NCBI GenBank assembly: GCA_965116495.1
Contig: OZ220696.1
Location: 4,192,001-4,256,000, forward strand
Length of the DNA: 64,000 nucleotides
Reading direction: 5' to 3'
Source of the DNA: Gammaproteobacteria bacterium
GTDB taxonomy: Bacteria; Pseudomonadota; Gammaproteobacteria; Eutrophobiales; Eutrophobiaceae
Below are positions 9,792-20,738 of the stretch, one piece after another (within the stretch, counting starts at the first letter, position 1; each line of letters opens with the position of its first letter). The position numbers were made by a program, and so were the translations under genes. Under the pieces are notes generated by a model. It had not been told where the DNA came from and did no database searches. It saw only the letters and a program-made list of their open reading frames with translations.

Positions 9792-10835
9792 ATGTATCTC
9801 AGAAACACCTGGTACGTCGCTGCGTTGAGCGGCGAAATTGACCGCCGGTTAAAGCCCTTACGCATTCTCGGTGAGAACATCGTGTTTTACCGGACCGGGA
9901 GCGGCAAACCTGTAGCCCTGGAGGATGCCTGCCCGCATCGCAAATTGCCTTTGTCGAAAGGCACTTTGCAAGAGGATAATGTGGAATGCGGTTACCACGG
10001 CCTGACGTTTAATCGTGCCGGCAAGTGTGTCGCCGCGCCGACCCAGGACAGGATCCCGCCATCGGCGAGGGTCCACAGCTACCCGGTTGCGGATAAATGG
10101 GGGCTGGTCTGGATCTGGATGGGTAATCCTGATGTTGCCGATGAGGCAAAAATTATTGATATCGAGAATTTCGATAACCCCGAATGGCACATCACCAGCG
10201 GTGATGCGTTAACCTGTGAATGCCATTATTTATACCTCACCGACAACCTGCTGGATCCTTCTCATGTCGCCTGGGTGCATCGCACGACTTTTGCCGCGCC
10301 GGGTACGGATATTACACCCCTGGAAACGCAGGAAATTAATGACGGGTTGATCGTGTCCAGGTGGATATTTGGCTGCAAACCGCCGCCGTTTTATGCGCCA
10401 CTGGTCAAGTTCGAGGGGAACTGTGACCGCCTGCAACATTACGAGGTCCGCTATCCGTCCATCGCCATCAACAAGTCGGTATTTTCCCCGGCCGGGGAGG
10501 GCGGCCCGGAAAAGCCGCTGACTGACCGTTCCTACGTCATGATTTCCTATAACTTTCTGACCCCCGCGGATGAAAACGTCACCCGCTATCACTGGTTGCA
10601 ACAGCGCAATACCGATCCCGGTAATGAAGAGGTTACCCGGAAGATTGCAGAGGGCGCCAGGAAGGCTTTTCTCGAGGATCGGGAGATCCTCGAAGCCGTG
10701 CACAAGGGTATAGCCAACGAAACCAGCCGGCACATCAACCTGGGTCTGGACGCCGGTTCACTGAAGTTTCGCAGGATGCTGGATAGGATGATCGCTGTGG
10801 AACAGGCAGGTTTACGGGACGAAAGGCAACCATGA
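9792..10835 (+). CDS. Rieske non-heme iron oxygenase, VanA/demethylase type
   Basis: CPHR...CGYHG Rieske cluster; DNLLDPSHVAWVH iron site; FLED. Confidence 0.9.
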   Translation: MYLRNTWYVAALSGEIDRRLKPLRILGENIVFYRTGSGKPVALEDACPHRKLPLSKGTLQEDNVECGYHGLTFNRAGKCVAAPTQDRIPPSARVHSYPVADKWGLVWIWMGNPDVADEAKIIDIENFDNPEWHITSGDALTCECHYLYLTDNLLDPSHVAWVHRTTFAAPGTDITPLETQEINDGLIVSRWIFGCKPPPFYAPLVKFEGNCDRLQHYEVRYPSIAINKSVFSPAGEGGPEKPLTDRSYVMISYNFLTPADENVTRYHWLQQRNTDPGNEEVTRKIAEGARKAFLEDREILEAVHKGIANETSRHINLGLDAGSLKFRRMLDRMIAVEQAGLRDERQP

Positions 10836-11554
10836 CATTAAATATCGAGAACGCGGTCGGGCCCATATACCAGCGTATCAAATCCCATATCATCGCCCGC
10901 ATAAAAGAAGGCGACTGGCCGCCGGCTCACCAGCTACCGTCCGAAAACGAACTGGTCAACAGTCTCAAGGTGTCGAGGATGACTATAAACCGCGCATTAC
11001 GCGAACTTGCGAATGAAGGTTATCTGACCCGGATCCCGGGCGTCGGCACCTTCGTTGCGGAGATACACAGCCGCAGCCACTTCCTCGAAATCAATAATAT
11101 TGCCGACGAAGTCCGGGCGCGCAAACACAGTTATTCCGCGGAGGTAATTCTGAACCGGCGGGACAGGTTGAGCAGCGATACCGCAACACGACTTCAGCTG
11201 GCGCCCGGCAGCAAGGCGTTTCATTCGATCATCGTACACGAGGAAAATAACATCCCCATACAGGTGGAAGACCGTTACGTGAATCCCCGGGTTGTTCCCG
11301 GCTATGGCGATGTTGATTTTACCCGGACAACACCCACGGAGTACTTGCTTAAAACAGCCCCTCTGCAGGAGGTCGAACACACCGTACAGGCGCGCATGCC
11401 CACGGCGCGGGTAAGGAAACTGTTACACCTGAAAGAGAACGAGCCATGCCTGGTCTTGCTGCGACGCACCTGGAGCCAGGGGAAGATTGCCTCCATTGCC
11501 ACACTTTATCATCCCGGAAGCCGGTATGAACTCAGCGATCACTTCAAGGCATGA
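10832..11554 (+). CDS. hutC: histidine utilization repressor (GntR HTH + UTRA)
   Basis: PIYQRIK...LPSENEL...VSRMTINRALREL; adjacent to hut genes. Confidence 0.92.
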   Translation: MTLNIENAVGPIYQRIKSHIIARIKEGDWPPAHQLPSENELVNSLKVSRMTINRALRELANEGYLTRIPGVGTFVAEIHSRSHFLEINNIADEVRARKHSYSAEVILNRRDRLSSDTATRLQLAPGSKAFHSIIVHEENNIPIQVEDRYVNPRVVPGYGDVDFTRTTPTEYLLKTAPLQEVEHTVQARMPTARVRKLLHLKENEPCLVLLRRTWSQGKIASIATLYHPGSRYELSDHFKA

Positions 11555-11596
11555 GTTCATCTTGATTTCCATTACGCAAAGCCGCATTAATCAGGG

Positions 11597-12841
11597 GTGA
11601 ATAGCGAAGATTATGTCCTGCCGGGGATGCCCAACCTGCACAGCCATGCTTTTCAGCGGGCAATGGCCGGCCAGGCAGAACTGGCAGTGGCAGACAGGAA
11701 TGATTTCTGGTCGTGGCGGGAAAAAATGTACGACTACGCTAACCGCGTTACGCCCGGTCAATTGCAGGCAATCGCCGCGCAGTTATTCATTGAAATGCTG
11801 AAAAGCGGTTATACGTCGGTTGCCGAGTTCCATTACCTGCATCACACGAAACACCACCGGTCCGGCATTCCGTCGACGGAAATGGCGGACGCGGTTATTG
11901 CTGCGGCTGAAGAGGCCGGCATAGGCCTGACCCTGCTGCCGGTGCTGTACATGACGGCCGATTTTGACCGGCCGGAATCCCTGCCGGAACAGGCCAGGTT
12001 CATCAACGATCCGGACGGTTTTTTTTCGCTGTTCAGCAAATTGAAGGGCAGGGAAAACAGCAACGTAAAGATGGGGATTGCCTTCCACAGCCTGCGCGCG
12101 GTGCCTGAACGGAGTTTGCATGAAGTTCTGAAACTGCTCGCCGGGGAGGGTATCGACTGTCCGATCCATATCCATATCGCAGAAACGCTGAAGGAGGTCG
12201 AAGCCTGCAGGAATTTTTATGGCCTGACCCCGGTACAGTGGTTATTCGAAAATATCGATATCGATGGGCGCTGGTGCCTGGTTCATGCAACCCACCTGTC
12301 GGATTGGGAGGTTGACCGGCTGGCCGCGAGCGACTGTGTTGCCGGGCTGTGCCCTGTCACGGAAGCCAACCTGGGAGATGGAATCTTCAGGTTTGAGGAA
12401 TTTTTGGCTAACAGCGGGAAATTCGGTATCGGTTCGGACAGCAACATCTCCGTCAGTCCCGTTGAAGAGCTGAGATGGCTGGAATACGGGCAACGTCTCA
12501 TCACCCACAGGAGGAACGTCAGCGCATCCGCCGCTGAACCCCATGTCGGCAGTTATCTATGGGACGGTGCAGTACGAGGCGGCGCCCAGGCGCTCGGTAA
12601 TGATATTCCCGGTCCTGAAATTGAAGACCCGGTCGACCATATCGTACTGAACCGGGAACATCCTCTACTGTATGGTAAACCCGCACAGCACGTCATCGAT
12701 TCATTTGTCTTCAGCGGCAATGACAATCTGGTCAAGGACGTAATGGCCGGCGGCAAACTGGTTGTCAGGGACGGCATACATATCAATGAACAGGAAATTT
12801 CGGCGCGTTATAAAAAAACCATCAAAGAATTGAATCAGTAA
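11597..12841 (+). CDS. hutF: formimidoylglutamate deiminase (N-terminus appears shortened)
   Basis: LPGMPNLHSHAFQRAMAG, AEFHYLHH, HSLRAV, HIHIAE, TEANLGDG, IGSDSN. Confidence 0.88.
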   Translation: MNSEDYVLPGMPNLHSHAFQRAMAGQAELAVADRNDFWSWREKMYDYANRVTPGQLQAIAAQLFIEMLKSGYTSVAEFHYLHHTKHHRSGIPSTEMADAVIAAAEEAGIGLTLLPVLYMTADFDRPESLPEQARFINDPDGFFSLFSKLKGRENSNVKMGIAFHSLRAVPERSLHEVLKLLAGEGIDCPIHIHIAETLKEVEACRNFYGLTPVQWLFENIDIDGRWCLVHATHLSDWEVDRLAASDCVAGLCPVTEANLGDGIFRFEEFLANSGKFGIGSDSNISVSPVEELRWLEYGQRLITHRRNVSASAAEPHVGSYLWDGAVRGGAQALGNDIPGPEIEDPVDHIVLNREHPLLYGKPAQHVIDSFVFSGNDNLVKDVMAGGKLVVRDGIHINEQEISARYKKTIKELNQ

Positions 12842-12856
12842 CAGTGTCTTTTGAGC

Positions 12857-12918
12857 GGGGACAGATTTAAATCTGTCCCTTCCCCAGTGGGAAAGGGGAC
12901 GGAATTAAATTCCGTCCC
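12857..12918. repeat. tandem REP-like palindromes between convergent hutF and hutI
   Basis: GGGGACAGATTTAAATCTGTCCC and GGGGACGGAATTAAATTCCGTCCC. Confidence 0.75.
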
Positions 12919-12925
12919 TGCGCCT

Positions 12926-14167
12926 TTATTTCATTACCACTCTGCCGTCCTTGATAATACCCACGCAAGGATTACTGCCTATCATATATGCCAGTTCTGC
13001 CGGATGGGCAATATCCCAGATGACAAAATCAGCTTTTTTACCGGTTTCCAGTGTTCCCCGGTCGTCCAGCAAACCCAGTGCCTGTGCGGCATTGCGGGTT
13101 ACCCCGGCCAGGGCCTCCTCCGTGGTCAGAGAAAATAACGTACAGGCCATGTTGAGCATGAGCAGCAATGACAACACCGGTGATGAGCCCGGGTTTGCGT
13201 CGGTCGCAATGGCAATCGGTACCTGGTACCGGCGTAACAGTTCGACGGGCGGTTTCTGCGTCTCCTTCAGTATGTAAAATGCGCCGGGCAGTAACACGGC
13301 GACGGTGCCGGAGCGGGCGAGCGCATCGACGCCGGCTTCCGAGGTGTACTCGAGATGGTCGGCGGACAGGGCCTGGTAGCGGGCCGCCAGGGCGGCGCCG
13401 TCCAGGTTCGATAGTTGATCGGCGTGCAGTTTGACACCCATGCCCAATTCCTTCGCCCGGTCGAACACCGGCTCCATTTCTTCCGGGCTGAATGCTATGG
13501 TCTCGCAAAACCCGTCAACGGCATCGGCCAGGTTTTGCAGGTAAACCTGCGACAACATGTTATCGGCGACAAGACGGACATATGCAGCGCGGTCCGACGC
13601 ATATTCCGGAGGCAGCGCATGCGCGCCCAGGAAGGTGGTCCTGACATCCAGTTGCGGGTCATCTTCCCCGAGCAGCCTGGCCACCCGCAACATCTTTAAC
13701 TCGGTTTCGACGTCCAAACCGTACCCCGATTTGATTTCCAGCGTCGTGACGCCTTCACGTTTAAGCGCCTCGGCCCGCTTTTTTGCCGCAGCCAGCAACT
13801 CTGTTACCGATGCCTTGCGCGTCGCATTCACCGTGGACAGTATGCCGCCGCCCGCCTTTTGCAATTCTTCATAAGTGGCGCCTTTCAGCCGGAGTTCGAA
13901 TTCCCTGGCGCGGTTGCCGCCGAATACGAGATGGGTATGGCAGTCGATCAGGCCGGGCGTTATACAATGTCTTTTTGCATCGAGCACCTCGGGGGTTTTG
14001 AGGTGGGTATCGGCGGGCAGTTCCTCCATTGGTCCCAACCAGCTTATACGGTCGCCCGTGATGGCGATAGCTCCGTTTTCGATCATGCCGTACTCACCAT
14101 TCCCCGTTGTCATGGTAACAAGCCGGGCATTGACCCACAGGTAGTCCCAATCATTCATTATCGTCAA
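12926..14167 (-). CDS. hutI: imidazolonepropionase
   Basis: [44 protein letters not shown]. Confidence 0.95.
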   Translation of the reverse strand: MTIMNDWDYLWVNARLVTMTTGNGEYGMIENGAIAITGDRISWLGPMEELPADTHLKTPEVLDAKRHCITPGLIDCHTHLVFGGNRAREFELRLKGATYEELQKAGGGILSTVNATRKASVTELLAAAKKRAEALKREGVTTLEIKSGYGLDVETELKMLRVARLLGEDDPQLDVRTTFLGAHALPPEYASDRAAYVRLVADNMLSQVYLQNLADAVDGFCETIAFSPEEMEPVFDRAKELGMGVKLHADQLSNLDGAALAARYQALSADHLEYTSEAGVDALARSGTVAVLLPGAFYILKETQKPPVELLRRYQVPIAIATDANPGSSPVLSLLLMLNMACTLFSLTTEEALAGVTRNAAQALGLLDDRGTLETGKKADFVIWDIAHPAELAYMIGSNPCVGIIKDGRVVMK

Positions 14168-14223
14168 GCGGTCGGAGTTTCATATTTGCGGCAATAGTAC
14201 TATTATGGTGTAAATATCTTTAC

Positions 14224-14235
14224 TTGTATATACAA
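14224..14235. promoter_or_regulatory. HutC operator
   Basis: Palindrome TTGTATATACAA (TGTA-N2-TACA core) between divergent hutI and hutU. Confidence 0.85.
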
Positions 14236-14287
14236 ATAGGACAAAATAGTATCGACTCTTGCCCTTTTATTTTGTTGGAGAAATAAA

Positions 14288-15979
14288 ATGAACTTGAACA
14301 GTGCAGGCCAGGCCGGGCAGGCAGAACACCGGCCCCGCGTAGTACGGGCGCCCCGCGGGCCCGAACTCTCGACCAAATCCTGGCAGACCGAGGCGCCCCT
14401 GAGGATGATCATGAACAACCTGGACCCGGATGTCGCCGAGCGGCCGGATGACCTCGTTGTTTATGGCGGCATCGGTAAAGCGGCCCGTAACTGGGCCTGT
14501 TTCGACAGGATAATCGAGACGTTGAAGGAACTGAACCGGGATGAAACCCTTTTGATTCAGTCAGGCAAGCCGGTCGGTGTAGTCAAAACCCACGCCGACG
14601 CGCCGCGGGTATTGATAGCCAACTCCAACCTGGTGCCGGCCTGGGCCGACTGGGACCACTTCAACGAACTCGACCGCAAAGGCCTGATGATGTTCGGACA
14701 AATGACAGCCGGGTCCTGGATCTATATCGCCAGCCAGGGAATAGTCCAGGGCACCTATGAAACCTTTGTGGAAATGGGACGGCAACACTATAACGGTGAC
14801 CTCAGGGGAAAGTGGATACTGAGCGCCGGCCTTGGTGGTATGGGCGGTGCGCAGGCTCTGGCTGCCACCATGGCCGGCGCCTCAATCATCGTTATCGAAT
14901 GCCAGGAGAGTCGCCTCGACTTCAGGCTGCGTACCGGATATGTGGATGAGAAAGCAACAAACCTGGTTTCAGCTTTGACCCTGTTAAACGACGCTGTCGG
15001 TAAGGGTGAAGCAGTATCTATCGGTTTACTGGGTAATGCGGCTGAACTCATTCCGGAGATGGTTGAACAGGGTATCCGTCCTGATGCCGTCACCGACCAG
15101 ACATCCGCGCACGACCCGATAAACGGCTACCTGCCCATCGGCTGGTCGGTCGATGAATGGGAGGCGCAACGTCACAGGGATCCTGGAATGGTGGCTACCG
15201 CGGCAAAACGATCCATGGCGATTCATGTCAGGGCCATGCTGGATTTCCAAAAAGCCGGTATCCCCGTATTCGACTACGGCAATAACATTCGCCAGATGGC
15301 AAAAGACGAAGGCGTTGCCAATGCGTTTGACTTCCCGGGGTTCGTGCCGGCTTATATCCGGCCGTTATTCTGCCGGGGTATCGGGCCGTTCCGCTGGGTG
15401 GCCCTGTCCGGCGACCCGGATGATATTTATAAGACGGACAGAAAGGTCAAGGAACTCATCCCGGATGATCCGCACCTGCACAACTGGCTGGATATGGCGG
15501 AAGAACGGATTCAATTCCAGGGGTTGCCGGCGCGCATATGCTGGGTCGGCCTGGGGCAGCGCCACCGGCTCGGTCTGGCATTCAACGATATGGTAAGAGC
15601 CGGGGAACTGGCCGGCCCGGTTGTCATCGGCCGGGATCACCTGGATTCCGGCTCTGTCGCCAGCCCGAACCGGGAAACCGAAGCCATGAAAGACGGCTCT
15701 GATGCCGTGGCCGACTGGCCCTTGCTGAATGCCCTGGTGAACGCGGTCAGCGGCGCAACCTGGGTGTCGATACACCATGGCGGAGGCGTGGGCATGGGCT
15801 ATTCGATACATGCAGGTCTGGTCGTAGTCTGTGACGGTACTGACAGTGCAGCGCAACGCATCGAGCGGGTGTTATGGAATGACCCGGCAAGCGGCATCAT
15901 CCGCCACGCCGATGCCGGTTATGAGACGGCAATTGAGTGCGCAAAGGAACACGGCCTGTCATTGCCGATGGTCGGATAG
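14288..15979 (+). CDS. hutU: urocanate hydratase
   Basis: [47 protein letters not shown]. Confidence 0.98.
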   Translation: MNLNSAGQAGQAEHRPRVVRAPRGPELSTKSWQTEAPLRMIMNNLDPDVAERPDDLVVYGGIGKAARNWACFDRIIETLKELNRDETLLIQSGKPVGVVKTHADAPRVLIANSNLVPAWADWDHFNELDRKGLMMFGQMTAGSWIYIASQGIVQGTYETFVEMGRQHYNGDLRGKWILSAGLGGMGGAQALAATMAGASIIVIECQESRLDFRLRTGYVDEKATNLVSALTLLNDAVGKGEAVSIGLLGNAAELIPEMVEQGIRPDAVTDQTSAHDPINGYLPIGWSVDEWEAQRHRDPGMVATAAKRSMAIHVRAMLDFQKAGIPVFDYGNNIRQMAKDEGVANAFDFPGFVPAYIRPLFCRGIGPFRWVALSGDPDDIYKTDRKVKELIPDDPHLHNWLDMAEERIQFQGLPARICWVGLGQRHRLGLAFNDMVRAGELAGPVVIGRDHLDSGSVASPNRETEAMKDGSDAVADWPLLNALVNAVSGATWVSIHHGGGVGMGYSIHAGLVVVCDGTDSAAQRIERVLWNDPASGIIRHADAGYETAIECAKEHGLSLPMVG

Positions 15980-15989
15980 ATCCACGTAG

Positions 15990-17525
15990 ATGGGTAAGCT
16001 GAAACACATACTTGAAGCAGGTAATGCTTCGTTATCACTGCTGCGGACGATCGCTTTCGACCCGGCGGAAGTGACGGTGCATAAATCCGACTATGAAGCC
16101 GTCAACAGGTCGAGTGAAGCGGTCGCACGCTTATGCGCATCGGATAAAGCAATATACGGTATTAACACGGGTTTCGGTAAAATGGCCCAGACCCGGATCA
16201 GCGCCGGCAAGCTTACCGAACTCCAGCACAACCTGTTGCTGTCACACAGCGCCGGCACCGGCCCGTTACTGGACGACAATATCGTACGCCTGATTATGTT
16301 GTTGAAGATCCTCGGGCTGGCCAGGGGACATTCGGGCGTGCGCCGCCAGGTTATCGATGCGCTGATTGCGTTAATCAACCATGAAGTGTATCCGTGCATC
16401 CCGGCAAAAGGCTCGGTCGGCGCCTCGGGCGACCTGGCCCCGCTGGCCCATTTAAGCGCAACTCTGACGGGTACAGGTGAAATGCGCTACAGGGACATAA
16501 CCGTCAGCGCGCCGGACGGTCTCAGCCTCGCAGGACTGTCTCCGTTGACCCTGGCCCCCAAGGAAGGATTGGCCCTGGTTAACGGGACGCAGGCGTCCAC
16601 TGCCATAGCGCTGTATCATTTCTTTGAAATAGAAGACTTGTTTGCTGCGGCACTGGTAACCGGTTCGCTTTCGGTCGATGCGATGAAAGGAAGTGATACG
16701 CCGTTTGACCCCCGGATCCATGAATTACGCGGTCACCAGGGCCAGATCGATGTCGCAAAAGTCTATACCAGGCTACTGTCAGGGAGTGAAATACGCGCAT
16801 CGCATATCGATTGTGAAAAAGTGCAGGACCCCTATTCGTTGCGTTGCCAGCCCCAGGTTATGGGCGCCATCCTGGACAGCATGAGATTTGCAGCCGGCGT
16901 GCTGGAGACAGAGGCAAATGCCGTCACCGATAACCCCTTGATTTTCAGCGATACCGGTGAAGCCGTTTCCGGGGGGAATTTCCATGCTGAACCGGTCGCC
17001 ATAGCTGCGGACCTGCTGGCGATTGCGGCTGCGGAGATCGGCGCCATCACGGAACGGAGAATTGCCAACCTGGTTGACCCGGCGCTGAGCCTGTTGCCGG
17101 CGTTCCTGGTCGATGAACCGGGACTGAACTCGGGGTTTATGGCGGCGCAGGTCACCGCTGCCGCGCTCGCCTCGGAAAACAAGACGCTGGCCCACCCCGC
17201 CAGTGTCGACAGCCTGCCGACCTCGGCCAACCAGGAGGACCATGTATCGATGGCGACGTTTGCCGCCAGGAAGCTGGGCGACATCGCTGATAATATTGCC
17301 GGGATCGTCGCGCTGGAATTTCTGGCCGGCGTCCAGGCGATCGAGTTCCACAGACCCTGGAAGACCTCCGTACCGCTTCAGTCTGCCGTGGCAAAGCTCA
17401 GGACTACGGTTCCCCGTTACGGCAAGGACCACTACTTTTCACCGGACATAGCAGCCGCAAAAAAAATTATCACCTCCCGGGGTTTCGCAGAAGATATCGC
17501 CGAAATCATGCCGAGTCATGCCTGA
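15990..17525 (+). CDS. hutH: histidine ammonia-lyase
   Basis: YGINTGFG, GSVGASGDLAPLAH (MIO), VQDPYSLRC, NQEDHVSM. Confidence 0.97.
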   Translation: MGKLKHILEAGNASLSLLRTIAFDPAEVTVHKSDYEAVNRSSEAVARLCASDKAIYGINTGFGKMAQTRISAGKLTELQHNLLLSHSAGTGPLLDDNIVRLIMLLKILGLARGHSGVRRQVIDALIALINHEVYPCIPAKGSVGASGDLAPLAHLSATLTGTGEMRYRDITVSAPDGLSLAGLSPLTLAPKEGLALVNGTQASTAIALYHFFEIEDLFAAALVTGSLSVDAMKGSDTPFDPRIHELRGHQGQIDVAKVYTRLLSGSEIRASHIDCEKVQDPYSLRCQPQVMGAILDSMRFAAGVLETEANAVTDNPLIFSDTGEAVSGGNFHAEPVAIAADLLAIAAAEIGAITERRIANLVDPALSLLPAFLVDEPGLNSGFMAAQVTAAALASENKTLAHPASVDSLPTSANQEDHVSMATFAARKLGDIADNIAGIVALEFLAGVQAIEFHRPWKTSVPLQSAVAKLRTTVPRYGKDHYFSPDIAAAKKIITSRGFAEDIAEIMPSHA

Positions 17526-18294
17526 GACATTTGAGTATCAGCGCGGCGAAAGCCCGGTTCTCATCAGCTTTCCCCATGACGGTACGGACTTCCCGGACCC
17601 CGTCCAACTCCAGCTCAATGAAACTGGCCTGAAAAACACGGACTGTGACTGGTACGTATACGAGTTGTATAACAGGGTTATTGCGCAGGATATAAGTTTC
17701 ATCAGGGCCGGATTTTCCCGTTACGTCGTCGACTTGAATCGCTCACCTGCCGGCGAATTGCTGTACCCCGGCAAGATGGAAACGGGTGTTTGTCCGTTGA
17801 CGACCTTTGACCGTGTTCCTATATACCTTCCGGGGAAACAACCGGATGACAAGGAAATACAAGGCCGTATCAGGGCTTACTGGCAACCCTACCATGACCA
17901 CCTCCGGGCGGAATTGGAACGCATCAGAAACAAGCACGGGTATGCAATTCTCTGGGATGCCCACTCCATACACGCCGAAGTCCCAAGCCTGTTCGGCGGT
18001 GTACTGCCCGACCTTAATTTCGGCACCGCAGACGGCCGTTCCTGCGCCCGGGAGATCATTAATCGAGTTGTGGATCACGCCGCCCGGGTATCGACTTACA
18101 GTGCGGTGTTAAACGGGCGGTTCAAGGGCGGTTATATAACACGCCACTACGGAGACCCGGCAAAAAGCATCCATTCGATCCAGCTTGAAATCAATCAAAA
18201 CACCTATCTTGAGGACACGGAAGCCCCAAAAATCGATCATATAAAAGCGCAACGCCTGTCCCTTCTCGTACACTCCCTGCTGCAATTGCTCTAA
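17518..18294 (+). CDS. hutG: N-formylglutamate deformylase
   Basis: SFPHDG, TDCDW, SRYVVDLNR, WDAHSI, NGRFKGGYITRHYG. Confidence 0.92.
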   Translation: MPETFEYQRGESPVLISFPHDGTDFPDPVQLQLNETGLKNTDCDWYVYELYNRVIAQDISFIRAGFSRYVVDLNRSPAGELLYPGKMETGVCPLTTFDRVPIYLPGKQPDDKEIQGRIRAYWQPYHDHLRAELERIRNKHGYAILWDAHSIHAEVPSLFGGVLPDLNFGTADGRSCAREIINRVVDHAARVSTYSAVLNGRFKGGYITRHYGDPAKSIHSIQLEINQNTYLEDTEAPKIDHIKAQRLSLLVHSLLQLL

Positions 18295-18299
18295 ACCCC

Positions 18300-18386
18300 G
18301 CCATTCCTGCACCCCTTCGACTTTTCTGCACACACCCGTCGTTCCTGCGAGAGCAGGAACCTGTTCGTCATTCCCCCGCAAGCGGT
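18300..18386. repeat. degenerate cluster of GTCATTCC-type palindromic repeats
   Basis: GTTCCTGCGAGAGCAGGAAC hairpin flanked by CATTCC half-sites. Confidence 0.5.
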
Positions 18387-18485
18387 CAGCCAGTGCCCAT
18401 TTATTATTTTTTATCCGTGTTCTCTGCGCCTTCTATGGCTATAATCCTCATCCACTGAATTCCGAGGGTAATTTCCTGGGCTGAC

Positions 18486-19604
18486 ATGACAGCAACCACT
18501 GACATCATCGTCATCGGCGGCGGTATCGCCGGGGTTTCCGCCGCTTCTGAGCTGGCGGCGACGGCGCGTGTTACCGTCCTGGAGCGAGAGCCCCAGCCCG
18601 GTTACCACGCTACCGGCCGCTCTGCCGCATTCTTCGTGATCTCCTACGGCAATGCCGCGGTGCGTGCGGTAACGGCCGCGAGCGAGCCGTTTTACCGTTC
18701 ACCGCCGCAGGGGTTCACCGATATCCCGTTGATACGGCCCCGGCCCTGTATCTTCTTCGGCCGGCCCGACCAGCGCGAGGCATTGCTGTCGCTGCACGCT
18801 GAAGTTCCATCTCTGCAGAGACTGACCCCTGAACAGGTACGAGAGCAGGTCCCCATCGTACTGCCTGACTACCTGGAAGGTGGTCTCATGGACGAGACCG
18901 GCGGCGACCTGGACGTGGATGCCATCCTGCAGGGCTTTCTGCGGCGCCTGCGCAGCCGCGGCGGGAAACTGTACGCGCAGCGTGAGGTACAGGGTATATC
19001 CCGCAGCGGCGGATTGTGGCGGGTTGCCAGCGGCGGCGAAACGTTCACCGCGCCGGTGCTGGTCAATGCGGCCGGCGCCTGGGTGGATGAGATTGCGCGC
19101 CTGGCGGGACTGGCGCCGCTGGGTCTGCAACCCAAACGGCGCACGGCCATGCTGCTCGACGCCCCGGAAGGCCGGGATATCAGCGACTGGCCCCTGATGG
19201 TTAACGTGGAGGAGGAGTTCTATTTCAAACCGGATGCCGGCGCCTTGCTGCTGTCTCCCGCCGACGAAACGCCCAGTCCTCCCTGTGACGCCCAGCCCGA
19301 GGAACTGGACGTCGCCCTGGCGGTGGACCGGTTCGAGACGGCGACAGGTCGGGCGGTGTCCCGGGTTAACCACCGTTGGGCAGGCCTGCGCACCTTTGCG
19401 CCGGACAAGACCTTCGTCGTCGGTTTCGACCCCCGCACGGAGGGTTTTTTCTGGCTGGCGGGGCAGGGCGGCTACGGCGTGCAAACCTCTCCCGGCATGG
19501 CGCGGTTGGCAGCGTCCCTGATCACCGGGTCGTCACCCCTGGAACAGGCCGGGATCGGGGAGAACCTGGTTAACAGGTTGTCTCCCGCCCGGTTGCTGAA
19601 GTGA
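18486..19604 (+). CDS. FAD-dependent oxidoreductase (D-amino acid dehydrogenase, DauA-like)
   Basis: IGGGIAG, HATGRSAA, NAAGAW, WAGLRTF, GQGGYG. Confidence 0.85.
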   Translation: MTATTDIIVIGGGIAGVSAASELAATARVTVLEREPQPGYHATGRSAAFFVISYGNAAVRAVTAASEPFYRSPPQGFTDIPLIRPRPCIFFGRPDQREALLSLHAEVPSLQRLTPEQVREQVPIVLPDYLEGGLMDETGGDLDVDAILQGFLRRLRSRGGKLYAQREVQGISRSGGLWRVASGGETFTAPVLVNAAGAWVDEIARLAGLAPLGLQPKRRTAMLLDAPEGRDISDWPLMVNVEEEFYFKPDAGALLLSPADETPSPPCDAQPEELDVALAVDRFETATGRAVSRVNHRWAGLRTFAPDKTFVVGFDPRTEGFFWLAGQGGYGVQTSPGMARLAASLITGSSPLEQAGIGENLVNRLSPARLLK

Positions 19605-19619
19605 GATGGGTGAGCCGGA

Positions 19620-20738
19620 TCAGTGTTTCGTATTCAGGCATTCAATATTGCGCTTAATCAGCGACTCAATGGCGCGTAATTGCTTTTTTTCATCCCTGGT
19701 CACGAAAGAGATAGCCTGACCGCTGGCGCCCGCCCGGCCGGTACGGCCAATACGGTGTATATAATCTCCCGGTGCGTGGGGCAGGTCGTAATTGACGACA
19801 ACGGGCAGTAACTCGATATCGATGCCCCGTGCGGCGATGTCTGTGGCGACCAGCACCTGTATCTTGTTCTTTTTGAAGTTATCCAGCACCCTGGTGCGTT
19901 GCGCCTGGGTCTTATTGCTGTGAATTGCAGAGGCGGAGATTGAATTCTTGCCCAGCCGTTTTACCAGCTTGTCTGCGCCATGCTTGGTGCGGGCAAAAAC
20001 CAGTACCTGCTCGTGAGTGTCCTGCACGAGATCACACAACAGCCTGGTTTTGCGTTCCTTCTCGACCCAGTACAGTTTCTGTGAGATTGCCTCGACAGTC
20101 GCGTCGCGAGGGGACACGTCTATTTCTATCGGGTTTTTACAAATCGTGCCGGCCAACTGGCGAATTTCCCTGGAAAATGTGGCTGAAAACATCAGGTTCT
20201 GTCTGCGCTGTGGAACAAGTTTCAGAATCCTGCGTATGTCCGTGATAAAGCCCATATCCAGCATCCGGTCGGCCTCGTCCAGTACCAGCAATTCCAGATC
20301 GTCGAAGCGCACGGCTCTCTGTTGATAAAGGTCCAGCAGGCGTCCCGGTGTTGCCACCAGCAGGTCGACCCCGCGTCGCAGCGCGCGCAGTTGCGGAGTA
20401 ATGTTTACTCCGCCGAATACCACCGCTGAAGTGAGTCGTTCGTTCTTGCCGTAAGTCAGGATACTCTGGTGTACCTGGGCCGCCAGTTCCCGTGTCGGCG
20501 TCAGGATCAGCGCCCGCGCCCGCCCGGGCTTGGCCCTGGCATTAGCGCCTAGTTGCTGCAGCATGGGTAGCACAAACCCGGCGGTCTTGCCGGTACCGGT
20601 CTGGGCGGCCGCCATCACGTCGCCGCCGGATAGAACGGCAGGTATCGCCTGGGTCTGAATAGGGGTTGGTGTTGTATAGCCTGTGTGCGCAACCGAGCGC
20701 AACAGGGAATCGGATAGTCCGAGTGTCGTAAAAGTCAT
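19620..20738 (-). CDS. rhlE: DEAD-box RNA helicase
   Basis: AQTGTGKT, PTRELA, DEAD, SAT, HRIGRTGRAG. Confidence 0.9.
   Translation of the reverse strand: MTFTTLGLSDSLLRSVAHTGYTTPTPIQTQAIPAVLSGGDVMAAAQTGTGKTAGFVLPMLQQLGANARAKPGRARALILTPTRELAAQVHQSILTYGKNERLTSAVVFGGVNITPQLRALRRGVDLLVATPGRLLDLYQQRAVRFDDLELLVLDEADRMLDMGFITDIRRILKLVPQRRQNLMFSATFSREIRQLAGTICKNPIEIDVSPRDATVEAISQKLYWVEKERKTRLLCDLVQDTHEQVLVFARTKHGADKLVKRLGKNSISASAIHSNKTQAQRTRVLDNFKKNKIQVLVATDIAARGIDIELLPVVVNYDLPHAPGDYIHRIGRTGRAGASGQAISFVTRDEKKQLRAIESLIKRNIECLNTKH

Noticed and set aside
12851-13138. 95-aa ORF
   Set aside because: Translation of REP palindromes plus hutI antisense
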